Source: Balanoglossus misakiensis
Taxonomy: Eukaryota; Animalia; Hemichordata
Reading direction: 5' to 3'
NCBI GenBank assembly: GCA_040954595.2
Contig: CM082582.2
Location: 6,760,063-6,824,062 of the forward strand
DNA length: 64,000 bases
This document shows positions 38,201 to 51,600 of the stretch, one piece after another. The translations under genes and the position numbers were made by a program. Each line of letters begins with the position of its first letter. Position 1 is the stretch's first letter. The notes below the pieces were generated by a model. It did no database searches, was not told the origin of the DNA, and was given only the letters and a program-made list of their open reading frames with translations.

Positions 38201-41200
38201 GGCGACCAGCTCGCAACAATGAAGCATTGCATTTTAAACACAGAATGGTGTGTCTGAAAGGAACACACATGTTCAGAGTAGACAATCCTTTGAAATCCTC
38301 GGAATATTGTGACCTATGTCATTTTAGTGATATGAGATTTTTAGTAACCTTTGGGGCTGTGAGTGCACGAAAATAACTCAGCTATATTTCTAGCCGAAGT
38401 CAACGCTTCTAAGCACTCTGCTGCAATTTCTATACTGAGCTATACACCTCGTAGGGGTGTATTCATATAATTCAGGTGCACTTATAGATATGGTAACAGA
38501 TTGCAACATTGAAAAATGGGTGTTAATTCTCCCCATCTATTACCATTATACATAATATACTAGTAACTCAGCCGAAGCGAATCATTTTGATGTGTAAGTT
38601 GACATTAGGCAAAGAATATACTCTTCTTGCGGAACTCTTCTATGATAAACTTTTTTCCGCAATTAACAAAATATGTTAATTTTCTTATGGTCTCGGACCA
38701 GAAGACGTCACAGTACACATTTCGATGTCTATGCACCGCATAGCGCCATCTAACGGAAACTACAGGCGAGTGCAGAGTCTCAACATGCACCTGTAATGAT
38801 GTAACTCAGTGGAAATCAAAATTAATTAATATTCACAACTACAGGTGATGGAAGCACTTGTAACGAAAGGCAGAATCTGTTGTACCGGCCACCGTAGATT
38901 CTCGGCGTTTATTTCAGAGGACACGGAGAAATTACACATGCTGTTGGGTCGTATAAAATCCTTGAAAAGGTACATTGATGGCGGATCCACGCCTTTAATA
39001 TGGGGAGACAACTAAATGTTTTGCGGAGCACATGTACTATAGATTAAAACCCTGCAACAGCACGGGAAGGGAAACGTGTTATCAGTTGTACGGTTTTATC
39101 CTGTTCTTTATGACTAGAGTCGGATGCTATATTGCTCCCGGCGATTTATTTTACCATACACAGCATTTTAATTTGAATCGAACGAAACCAAAGGGGGGGG
39201 GGGGGCTGCAAAAAATGCATCGTGATGTACACGTTTTTGACGTCGATCAGCCTGAGTGAGAGCAGATATTTACGCGGATGAAATTGGCACAACTTTGTAA
39301 GCTTCTTTAAAAAGCCCTAAGTGGAAGATTAAAGAGAGGCCAGAAAAGAAAAAAATAATATTGTTTTTTTGTTTTCCTAAGTCTTACAAAAACACATTTG
39401 TGTTCGTTAAAAGCGATGCACCTGTTTCTTTGTTTAAATTAATATAGCGACAGAACAGCTGGGGTGGTTGACGGTCGCGTGTGTCTGTTCCAAGTCGCGA
39501 TATGTGAAACCGTCAAGGGCTGCGCGTCACTCTATCTCGCCGCACGTCGCCAGAAATTCAAAAAGCGCGATATTGGACAAACAGCAGGCCTTCGCGATTC
39601 AAGCGATGATTGCTCATTTCAAACCTGGCGACGCCTCGGGAATTATAACGCTAAATCCAAATCAAATCAATAATTTAATTTCGCTAACAGGCTCTGTGAA
39701 TGTCCAATGCATAGTAACTGCAACCGTTGTTTTGTTGTTGAAAGGAACACAAATTCGATAACATTGACTCGAATACAGGTACATATGACGCGCGCCGCAG
39801 GCATCTGTGTCAAATCCGCTAAATGAATTTTAAAATTTTAAAGCCATTTTCAAAGTTTCTTTGTGACTGTCAATTATGCGTCGGTGTGTAACGTGCATTG
39901 AATTGATCGCTTCGGCTTTTTAGAGAACGCAACATGATATACGTCAACTGAAGAAATCCCAGCGGTATTTTCTTGATTAATCTGGAAGAGTATTGACAAC
40001 GTAAATCCATTCAGGATTTGTGCGAATATGAAGAAACCCGCGCGATAAACGCCAGATTTATGAACCATTTAAAACATCAACGGTCCTGGGATTACCGGCG
40101 TCATTGTTGAAATACAGACCAATCTCACATATCGGAAATTGAACACTTTCCGACGCTGAGAAAAAAAGTGCTACAATTCGAAGATGGCACCCTCCTCTGG
40201 GACCTCCGTGAACAATATGGCAGTTGTGCGCACCCAGTGCGGGAATGCAATCTCCATCTCGTTGACAGCTACCCTGAATTGGAAATCCCATCGCGCACAA
40301 CAGGAATCAAGATGGAGAGATGGGAGAGGGGGGGGCGATTTGGCGACATTTAGGCACAGGAATTTATTCAGGGAGTGTCGAGAATAGCGTAAACGGTCCT
40401 TCGAAGTCTGAGAGAGTGAACTTTGTATTGGTAAAATGGCTAAATGGAATGTTTCTCGCGTAGCGTGTAACACCTTGGATAATCATTGCTGTGCAAGCTA
40501 ATATGATCATGTCCCAACTCTGGATTTGACCCTTTGACCCTGTAAAGCAGACATTTTGTTCAGTCATTGGCAGTGATCCACCTATAAACGTGTTTCTAGA
40601 CGGAGACAACAGAATGTCTACCCCATCAATAAAATACGTGCCACAAAATGGTCCCCGGGCGCTATAAACCATGAACTTAACTGATCAGCAGCCCTGACGG
40701 GAAACACCGCTGGGAATTATATCAGGGATGCACGGATTATAAACTATTTCACATGTTACACGTTTATTGCCATGGATAATTGCTCCGCCACAAATTCCGC
40801 CCACAAGATGTACTGATTTTACGATCATTTGTTTGGACACGAAACCACCGCTGTCTGCCTTCATTTCCGATCGACATTTCCCCCACATGATCTGAATGCG
40901 ACAACGAGCACCTGATAAATAATTTGAAAATCCCACAAGGAAGCTGTCAGTGATGCGTGGCGCGTAGTATCGGATTAAGAAGTGTTTTTTAGTATAAATG
41001 TAATGCTCTTTTTGGCGAACGGTGGTCAAGGTTGCATTTACACCAACTAATACGTGTCAAGACAAGTGGATACGACATTACTTTAAAGGGATGGGGTCGT
41101 CAAAATTGCACGTGCGACATTTCTTATACACGTTGTGGACATAGTGCGTTCCGACAGGTTAGGGAGACCCCTCCAACCGATGTTTCTTATATCAAAGTAA

Positions 41201-44200
41201 CCTGAAAATATGTGTGAGAGAGAGGGGGGCATGTAGGAAACATACCTTGAGCAATTTGCATGCAAAGACACTGAAAGAAAACGCCAGAGGGCGCGATACA
41301 GATTTTGTTGCCGTCTGTAAGAAAGGGACTGTTCGCTGAGAATAAGACACGATTGAAGGCAAAAAAACCAAATCAGGATGTAAAAGAAACATACAGAATT
41401 AAAAAGATTAAAGTGAAAATACGAAGCCACGAACACAGAGATTTCACGATCAGAAATGATGTATGCTTTGCAGTGTTAACCTGCAAATCCCATGTCAATC
41501 AAACACAAAGGTATTCAATTATGGAGCTAAATTGTTTTTGCCACACTATAAAATCAAATTTAGAGTAAAACGGCATTAAGCTTTAATGAAATCCGGCTCA
41601 AACGAAACGTGCTTGGCCTTTTACTAGGTGGCAAATCGCATCACTTCCCGGGTTTGCATTACCCTAATGAGCGAGACGGAGGAATATTGGCACAACAACC
41701 AAGCCTTATCGCAGGCGAACATTTCCACGGCCAAAAACGCATTAACTTCTTCACCTTGGTTTCTGAAATCACAGATCGTAATCTCTGCAGGCAGTAACGT
41801 CACACCACGGCGTGATATGAATGGGGGTGTCCGGTCAAATGGGCCTGGCCACATCCTTCTTGCTCTCTGAAGTGATTGTGAGTTGGATAGGGGCCTGCTC
41901 GTTTGGGTGATACTCAATTCACCGATTCGTGTGTAATTGCAAACTGCAGACACTCTAGAGACGCCAGGTACACGATGAGATTTCAGTGTAATTCTAGTAT
42001 TCCTCTTAGGTTCGTGATAACTCCTACACGCAGATAACGGCGACGCATGCATTTGAAATACCACTATTACAACTGTTTAATCTGCTTCAAATCTTCCCAT
42101 TCTTGATCACGCCACGAACTATGATTACCTCTTCACAAAGTTTGGTGACGTATATAGTAAGCGATCTAAATTTTGTTCATCACAAGCACAATTCACTTCT
42201 CCGCTGCCGGCATTGTCCAAACTGTCAAGAGTACTCCTAATGTCGATGGAGAAAGCTCATGTAAATACCAGTTGTTTTTAAATGTGCCGTACTTACCCAC
42301 ATACACAAAGGGACCGCAGAAAGTTATGATAACTACTATCACCTGTTCATTTGTTCTGAATTTTCCATAATCAGATTGCGATGAAGCCACGGAAAAGTAT
42401 CTGAAATAATATTTTCCAGCAACACACTTCTAAATTAGCCTGTTATTTGCTGCAAGAAAGAAAGAAAATCTTTGAAGTTTCTAAATTGGCAAAAACCTAA
42501 AATAAATGACCAGGTGTTTACTACTTCGGTATCTGTTTGTAGTTGCTACATATTTTCAAGTGTATAATTTATTGATCCGTTTTCCAGTCTGGCGTTGGTC
42601 ACGTGAATTCGAATTCCCTCCCGACACCCAGGTCTTTGGCAAGATTCAAGGGCCGTCGACTACCTTGAAAGAAAACCCCCACGTTATCATCAAAATGGCT
42701 GATTAGGGTCTCGAAACTGCCTTTTAAAGATTGACCCGGGGGATGGATGGAGTTACAACATTATGGCCAGAAAATTGTTTTCTCTCTCTCAAGGTTATTC
42801 ATGTAATGTGCCCAGGGAAACGCGGGTACATGAAGATGTGCAGTGGAGAATGAAAGTGCAGACGGAATTGAATTTTGAAGACTGATAACGGATCAAGGTT
42901 AACTTATCCATTTTCTACTTCACTGTCTTTTTTTTCAATAAAGAACGGGGTTCATTGTCCGCTATCGGAAGGATTTTCACTGCTAAAGTATATCATGAGA
43001 TTCGCCAGAGCATTTCGTTCGAGTTCTATTCCTTTTGCATGTTCTTTAGAGGTGACAATTCATCCACAGTGCAAGAATAGCTGAGAGCCTGTTACTGGAA
43101 GAGCCGTTGTAACAAAGGAGTGTATTGCGCTATCTGTCTTAATTGGCATTTTCTCAGTACGTCATTTTGACAAGTTTTCAAATGATATAACTTCGCTATA
43201 ACTCTTTAGTTCAAACAGTATATGACCAAGAAATGTGTTATTATACGACTATATATGTTGTGACGAACCCAGTAGAAGGTAACTGGATAAACTCGGATCG
43301 TAATTGTTTAGTGCGATGCATCGTGTACAGATATATCCATTCTTTCGCGCAGACCGCTAAGTATGAACAGAACGTGCCAAGACTGAATTTTTGGCAACTG
43401 CAAGATACCTTACGTAGGTAAACTTGTCACGGATTCCGTGCACCATTTAGCATACAGTGGCCGTTTGAAGTCCTCTGCGGTTCTCACGTCGACTGCATGC
43501 ACAGACAGCCGACTCTCATGATTATCACAACAGCATATGAATAATCGCACAACGAACTGCACGGCAATAAATCAGCAAAAATAGAAATTTCCCATTAGTC
43601 CCAATGGTATATCTCAATTATCATCCCTGATAAAGCACGCCGTCTCCGAATAAGTATTAATGAGTGGCGTTACATAAGTAATATAATGTGGAATTTGTGA
43701 GAATAGAGACAAATGGTTTTAATATGAGATCTTTGAACAAGCGCAATTTGCCTTTCAGGTCACATTGTTGTCCGGCTGCAATTTGGTTTCACTTGAAAGC
43801 AGTCTGCGTTTTACCCAGAAAAATAACGGCTGGAGTGAGAGTTACTAATTATGGGAGTGGACATTTCCAAAATTAAGCTTACATGTAGCCTTTTTGAAAA
43901 CAGTCAGAGACGATGGAGATACTTCTTCTGTAATGACAATGTCGTCACTTGCATTTTATATCTACCTATACCTGCCTTTCGACGTCGTTCTACCCATAAC
44001 CCGTCTATTCCTTCCTACAAAATCACCGCCCCTCTCACTAACTGTTTTCAGTGCAGACCGTCTAAAAGCGAAGCTCTGGTGTTAATGGTTCGCGGCAGGT
44101 GTTAACGACACGTCGCGTCAAATCATTGTGTAATAAACGCCCTATTTTTCTGCGACATGAAACCGTCACCGTGCATTCTATTCAGCCGGCAAATCTGTCA

Positions 44201-44320
44201 GACCGCCATTGTTTTTATGACAGACTAATAGAGCAACGACCTGCTATTACAAAGGGCGACGATCAAGCTATACAAATACATGCACACCTGGCAAGGACGA
44301 AATTACTAAGTATCACATTA

Positions 44321-44515
44321 GGGGTGAACCATTTGATTTCTGGGGGTGTGTGTGGAGAATTTGTGTGTGAGAGCAATTTTCTTCCAGCCTCTGTTACAGC
44401 AGGTTTTTTTTTCAACTGCCCGTCCACCTTTTATTCAGAAGAGTTGTTTTCCTATGATGCACCATCTGCCAACATACCCCAAAATCATCCACCCAGAAAT
44501 CAAATGGTTCTCCCC
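44321..44515. mobile_element. Tourist/Harbinger-type MITE (195 bp)
   Basis: TIRs ggggtgaaccatttgatttctggg / cccagaaatcaaatggttctcccc (one mismatch), flanked by TTA on both sides. Confidence 0.85.
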
Positions 44516-45248
44516 TTAGGACATCCACCCAGGTGGAAACCACAGACAGCACACTAGACGTCGGTGCATATTTCACTAATAGCTATTTACACTATGAATA
44601 TTCTACATGTACGTGCGGGGGTTGTCAGGCTCCATAGCCCGCGACAACTATTAACGGGACAGCTCTATTGGCAATAACTCACGTTCGGTTGTTGAACGCC
44701 AGTGGAACACGTTGCGTTTCCGCTGCCTGTCGTGCTCGTTCGGGGCGCTTTCGAGTCCGTCGGATGGCGACAAAACTGGAAATTAATGGAGGAAATCCGC
44801 GGCGTGTAATATGAATATATGGCTTCCATGGACCGATGCCTTGCAGCTAACACAAAGGAGACGGGTATACCTTACACGCGTGTGTTCAAAGGTGTATAGA
44901 CATTCTATGACCTCGTTCAGAGAAGAAATACGTAACGGCGGGGATATCATTTGAAGGGACTATATTCAACCCCGAAATTTCGCCATTTTTCAAGACTTTA
45001 ACCGCACAATTGTTTCTACCAATTGATGCATAGTAAACAAAACTACGCTCGTATATATAAGCCCCATATGGAGATTTTGTGATCAGGCCCAAGTTAACGC
45101 CCCGCGGCCTATGAGCACACGTGTTCTCATCACATCCAAGTAATTTTTCTCCGTGATGAAGTAGTCCAACATATCAATTACCCATCATTTATATTCATAT
45201 GGAGTATTTCACATGTTAAACTAACACGTTGCAGAATTCATGATGACG

Positions 45249-45652
45249 GGAATCCCCCAAACCGCAGAAGACCTTGAGACATGAAATAATTCCATCCCTA
45301 GCGATGCACTCAGTGTTATAAGAGTCATAAATAAAACCAACTTGATATATGATGTATTTCACGCTTCGATGCGATTCACCGCAAAGGGGGGAAGATCCGA
45401 GTCCACAGTGACCCATTTATTTTGATCATCTCAAGGGTGTGAGGGTGAAAACACACAGGATCCCCCAAACCTTTGAGGATTCGCTGAATACCTGCAAAAA
45501 ATTCAATCCCTCGCAAGACACAACATTTTATATGCGACATAAATAAAATCAACTTGATGTATGATGCATTTTCACACGCCGAAGCTATTCATCACAGTTG
45601 AGGAAGATGCTACTACCATAGTGACGCGTTTGTGTTTTGATGATCTCTAGGT
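45249..45652. repeat. Diverged tandem duplication, ~210 bp unit, 2 copies
   Basis: atcccccaaacc ... cataaataaaa.caacttgat.tatgatg ... ggaagat ... agtgac ... ttttgat.atctc occurs twice. Confidence 0.8.
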
Positions 45653-48600
45653 AAAAGAGCCTAGACACGCGGACTGTTGTCCCGGTGTGGTCATTTCGGT
45701 AACTACGAATAAAATACGCCGGCAGTTGAATATGGAATGAAAGCCGACAAGAAAATACTGGCGCAATCGAAACTAAAATAATGCAGCTGGCAGACCTATA
45801 CGCGAAATACCACTTTTAATTAGAAATATTAATTATCTTTAAGAACTGACACTTAAATTTGTGATAGTTTTGTTTTATAACAGCGTAAATTTTAAATGAC
45901 GCGGATGTAAACTGCAACTAATAGCGGAACATCGCATTTTACAAAGAAATATCCGTTTCTCTATTCTGCAGGGTAGACACGAGTTCGCCGTCCATAAAAC
46001 CATTAATTTTATACCCCGCTGTGAGGTAAATGATTGAAAACTCGATTAAATCGACGTGCCAAGGCTCAATGAGGCTTTTTGGAGAGTTGTCTCCCTGAAA
46101 CGCCCGAGGTGATCGCGTAGTTATTGTTCCCACATAATTAAGCTGTGGCGTGTTTGTTTGCAGGGGTTTTAAGGCAATTGCGGTCAGTGTATACAAATTA
46201 AGCGTTTCTTTTTAATATGCAGCTTTTATTAACCATTGTTGTTTTTAAGAAACCTTTACCGGTGTGTTAAATGCATTTGTACAGTTTGTTCAGCGTAGTG
46301 TTTCGCTTTTCGCGGCACATTATCTGATGTGCATACCTCTGCTGGAACTCGCATGGGAGCGTGTCGTGCTTGTGATTTTAACGCTGAAAAGATACGGGAT
46401 TGCCGGCCCTTGTGGCCATTTTAACGGTAAAAGAAAAAAACCCAAGCGGGATTTACAAAACAAATATGCACTGTGTTCGCTAATTTGAGTCTAAGAGATT
46501 AAAGTTGTTCGTCTCTAGTGACACGAAGTGCTTACTTTCTGGGTTTTGTGTCTGTCGGGAATTTGCTAATTAAAAAACTCCGACACAGAGACGTGAATGC
46601 CAAAGTCGCGTCGGGTTGGTTAGATTTGACTATTCCGTTCACATGTTGCATCGGCACCCTTGGAACAGATTTTGACGAAGTGCTATCGATTGCAAAAGCT
46701 GTATGAAACATTTCATTCGCGAACTTCATCTGTCTGTCCGTCAATCGTTATATACGCATGCGCGCGAGTTGAGAGAGTCGGAAATGTGAAGAATGGATCC
46801 TTAATGGGACTTTTAAAACCAGTTTACCAGCAGCGGATGTCGAGTGAAAGTGATATCAGCGTCGCATTACCAGAACGGTGTCTGCGAAACATCGCTTCCC
46901 ATTAGAGCGGTCTCTTTGCATGCACCTGACCTTCTCGCACACATGGCGTTGAAGTCGCGCAGGTACTGAGCGTTCGACTATGGTGTCTGTTGATTGTCCA
47001 ATGTACATGTACGTACGTGGCCGTGGCAATTGGCAAGGCGGGCTGACAGCCCGCGTTGAATACACCACATGCATGCTGAATCAATATATAATTCATTATA
47101 GTATTCAGAGCAAATGCGGTGTACGACGTGACTATCTCCTAGACCCTGTATGACATATTAAACGTTGATGCCATTTCTGTCACAAAAACGTTGCATGCAG
47201 TCAGTATCCTTGGGCGTCCTACTTTAGGTGTCAAGTCAACGCGGATTGATAGACGGTGATGTCTGCCCCGTTAATAACTGCCAGTAGCTATTACTCTATT
47301 TTCCTATAATTATATAAAAGCTACACCTTTGGGCAACCCACAGTAAAATGCACAGGAAAGAACTTTCAAGAAAGCGCTACTTGGATACGTAGGCTAAATG
47401 TGAGCACGTTTGGGACCTGGACATATTTGTAACCCACCAAAATTTCTTATCTAAGGTGTTCGCCTGTTTAATTGCACGTGTTTAATGCTAAATATGTAAG
47501 TGAATTTCGGGGGGGGGGGGCTGTATTTTGAAGCCAAACTGGCCTCACACTTTTTACAGCAGTGGCCATCGCCTTTTTATTCTACATCCTTTCCACCAAA
47601 TACCTGGTAATGTTTTCTCTGATATTAGCCACGGCCATAAATTATCATACACAATTGCTCGAATTTATCGTTTATATAGATAAAAAATAATTGATATTGT
47701 GCCTGACCCGCATTAAAGTATTATGACATGAACAGATTCGTCAAACATAAAATATGTTCTGATCAAGAATATGCAGCATGGCGTGCTGCGTTTATAATAA
47801 TTGACCCACATTTTTAGAATGCGTGAGCAATATATGAACCTTTGTAGCCGGCTGCTACACACTGTGAGATTTACGGCTATATTACCGCAACACTTGCCAA
47901 ACAACAGTCTCGCTCTTTGCTCCAATAATCCGCACAGCATTTACATATAACTAATCAAACACAGCTTTTCAATCATAAAATTGGAGAAAATGCATAAAAT
48001 ATTCAGTCGCACAAATCATAATGGCAACCGAGCAGTGCGAGACACCGCAAAATGTAATGGACGAGAAGATGCATCATCATCAATAACGAGAACGCAGTCA
48101 CGTCACATCAGTTTAGTTAAACCTGATAAATATTGCTGGGAGACTATTTCCGTGAATTAATGAAAAGCGGTCGCACATTCCTTAGGTTTCACGTATGCTA
48201 TACTACGCCGGACAGGTGTGGTGGATAAGGGCAGAGGTGATGGTCGATAGGCGCGCGATACTCGTGGACTCGAACTATTATGCACCCGGATGTTCTCAAT
48301 CGGCCAACCAACCCTCAAAGAAACGTTAACAAATAGAGATAGAGAGACATAAAGGCTCTGTACATTAACACGCCGATAATAATGGGGTCGCATTCGCGTT
48401 TTAAGAATATTGATTTTTTTCATCGACTCGCTGAGTGCGTGAAAACTATCTCCTTTCTGTTGGCAGATGACACCGCTGTGAGTGTATGGGCTGTTCAGTC
48501 TACGCCCATGACACTGTTGGTGATGTGTAACATTTACGTTTATCACAAGGTATATTTCGTGAGCGAGAAACGCTTTCCTACATCAGAGATCGGGCACGTA

Positions 48601-51600
48601 TTTTACTTGAATGGATTGGTGTGAAAGCAGTCAGCTACACGACAATTTCTAGTCTTCCTGGTTCAAGAAAATCTGCATGTACATGTACATGTACATGTAC
48701 TTCAATTCTTTAATTGTTGGTCAATACCAAAAAATTGTGCTGTAGACATATTCACATGTTATGCCCACATACTGGGTGTGATATTAAAAAGCGGTCGCTG
48801 AGCACATTGCACAGCGAACAGAACACGCACCATCTATCAAAAAACCCAATTGTACTATAATGTCAAAAGACAGGGACTTTCAATCACGTCTATCCATTTT
48901 GCAGTGCTTTGCAACATCTACTTCAGAAGAGCAAAATCCATGCTAAACCTTTTGTTTGTAGTCTGCCATGTTGAGCTCAAGTCGTTCCGATCGCTGACTC
49001 GGGATAGATCGTGCATCGTGTCTTCATACCGAACGAAGGACATTCGTTTTCGCGCATGACTGGGTGTGCACTTTTTTTTAATAAACGGCGACACACCGAC
49101 GATGCTAAGCATACGGAACGCGAGTAAATCTGGATATATGAGGCGAGGTTGGATATATCGAGCTTTGGGTAATTATGTTTACTTGTCAAAATAATGGAAA
49201 ACGAGCATGCACTTTGCTGTACACGAGCAAAATAGAAAGAGTAGGCCTAGTCCGTCTAAAATAAGTGTCGCCATGCGGAAAATGATAAGTAGAGCCATGA
49301 ATAATCCTGCCTTTCAAGATAGAAAGAAAAAACAAACAAAAACAAAATCAGTAGAAATATATTGTATCATCTTAATACAGACACATGCATTCCTGTGCAA
49401 ACTTGCTTATTTTCACCACCCAGGAATATAATGTTTTAAATGGCTACATTCCGTACTGTAGGTTCGACGGAAAGGTGATATCGATAGAGACATTGGGACC
49501 CTCGACGTACGTTGGTAAGATTCCAGACGAAACCAGCGAAGCCGTAGCAAAATGAGCGTGTTCGCTGCTGTGTCTACTCCCGCCGCAATCGCGTCTGCTC
49601 GTTGTAATTACGTCGAAGGAGCAGGGTTCAGGAGGGGTAGGCACCGCATACACAATCGAACAATTAGTCATGGTTTGATTAATCAACCACGGATAATGAT
49701 GAATGCCATGCAATAAGTCACGCGGGGAATTGTTACGTGTATTTGAGATTGACTGCACACGGACGTTTCCTTCTGACTGATGCGCAAATTATGCTGAAAT
49801 CTAAAAGCTATCATCAGCGCTTATCTGAGCCCGAATGTTCCGCCGTCTTCGAAAGTGAAATCAGAGGTCTAGAGAATATGCTAATCGATGTTCGCAGACA
49901 GAACCGAATGCAGCTGTTATCAATGGCGAAGACATTTCGTTTTTGTATCTACGCATATATACTTGAATATACCAGGGAGAGCTGTCTGACGTTAATACTC
50001 AATGGCATCAGAAGCCATGCACTGGTATATGTAAGTGTGGCAAGACATTTACGCGTAAGCGACACTTAATCACAGCGAAAAATATTAATCGAATGCACTT
50101 TTTTCGTCTTTGAAATTAATACTCCTCTTTAACGAGAATAAATCCTAACCCGGCCACCTGCGTTCTACTAACATAATGTAGATTGCCAATTACGAAATTC
50201 CTACATTAATCACCAACTTTGATGATGACGTTATATTAATTCTGTCATTAGACCCTTATATTCAGATGTGCAGATCATTCTTTGACGTTAGCGAATGTTT
50301 GATCCTCAAACAGTGTTCCTGTTTGTGGCCTGGTGTCGTTAATATGACCCGGGGGAGATTATTGTCCACAAAACAATGCTCTCGACTGACTTACGAATTC
50401 TCTGCACTTTAAAAAGCGCCACGCCGCGACTTTTAATCAGAGAACCCACGGCTTTCTGAGATAAATCGATTTTACCTCAACGCTACTTGAAGGCTTCCAA
50501 TTTCTTATTAGCCAATTTGCGGTGTACCTCCCGGCATCATCAATACATTCTGGTCGGGAAAACAAACTAAGATCCGTGACTTGGTTTCATGCCGTCGACG
50601 ACTTCTTCGCATCTTGCGAAGAATTTTGTCGGTCACTTTTTTGTGTATTTTCTAAAATCCTCTTGGTTGCAAAAAGATTCTAGTTTGCCAGGAAAGCAGT
50701 TTATTGTTTAGCCCATAACGTCCTTCCCCTATCCATTGATAACACTGGCCAATGGATATTCCACTTCTGTAATTGCTGTCTGAAATATGATTCTGGAACC
50801 TTAGCGTAATATGCCTCTTGTGTCAGTACTGAGAGAGCTTACAACACAGTTGGTATGATATATACTCAATGGCATCAGAAGCCATGAAGAAATTAAATAT
50901 ATAACAATGGTAGCAAATTTGAGGAACCCTTGATAAGATCATGATAACCAAATGTAGCAAGATCTGTATTATCCTATCCCAGGACACAAAAGGGTATGAT
51001 TTTACGTAAATGTATCTGACGTTTTAAGAAATTCAGAAATCGGAGAATGTATTAGTAGCATTTTGGGCTTGTGGGTATCGGGTAATTGGACAGTAATTTG
51101 CTCTAGATTGTATGATCGAACGTTGACGGGAAACTAGATGGAATGTTGTCCATTAAAGACGTAATTAATTGAGCATTCGCAAAGAATTCGTGCAATCAGG
51201 TCAAGGAACGGTCTCGTATACTGCCTGACGCAGTGCTTTCGCAATTGCGCGGCTGGCAATATATATTTCACCAGGAGAAAAAAATTACAGTCTCGCCTCG
51301 TGGAACGAAATCTCTATAACGCATGTCTTGGCCAGTGAAGCGTGTAATATAAGCGATATGGAGAAAATATTGACTTTTCTGTTTCAGCCGTTTTGCAATT
51401 GTCTCAGGAATCAAATTACGAACCAGACGCCCGGTACAAACGTACATGTACGGTGTAGCCGGTTTCGGTTGAAGCATGAGCACATGTTTAGTCTTTGTAA
51501 ATAGCATTTGCACGTGCACATCAATGCATACAAACAAGGGAACACCAAAGGGGTTGATTATCAGTGATTAAAACTGAGAGGCGAATTTCTTCGATTTTAT

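Noticed and set aside
46991-47010. TGATTGTCCAA resembling the miR-219 5' end
   Set aside because: The match stops after 11 nt and no hairpin is evident.
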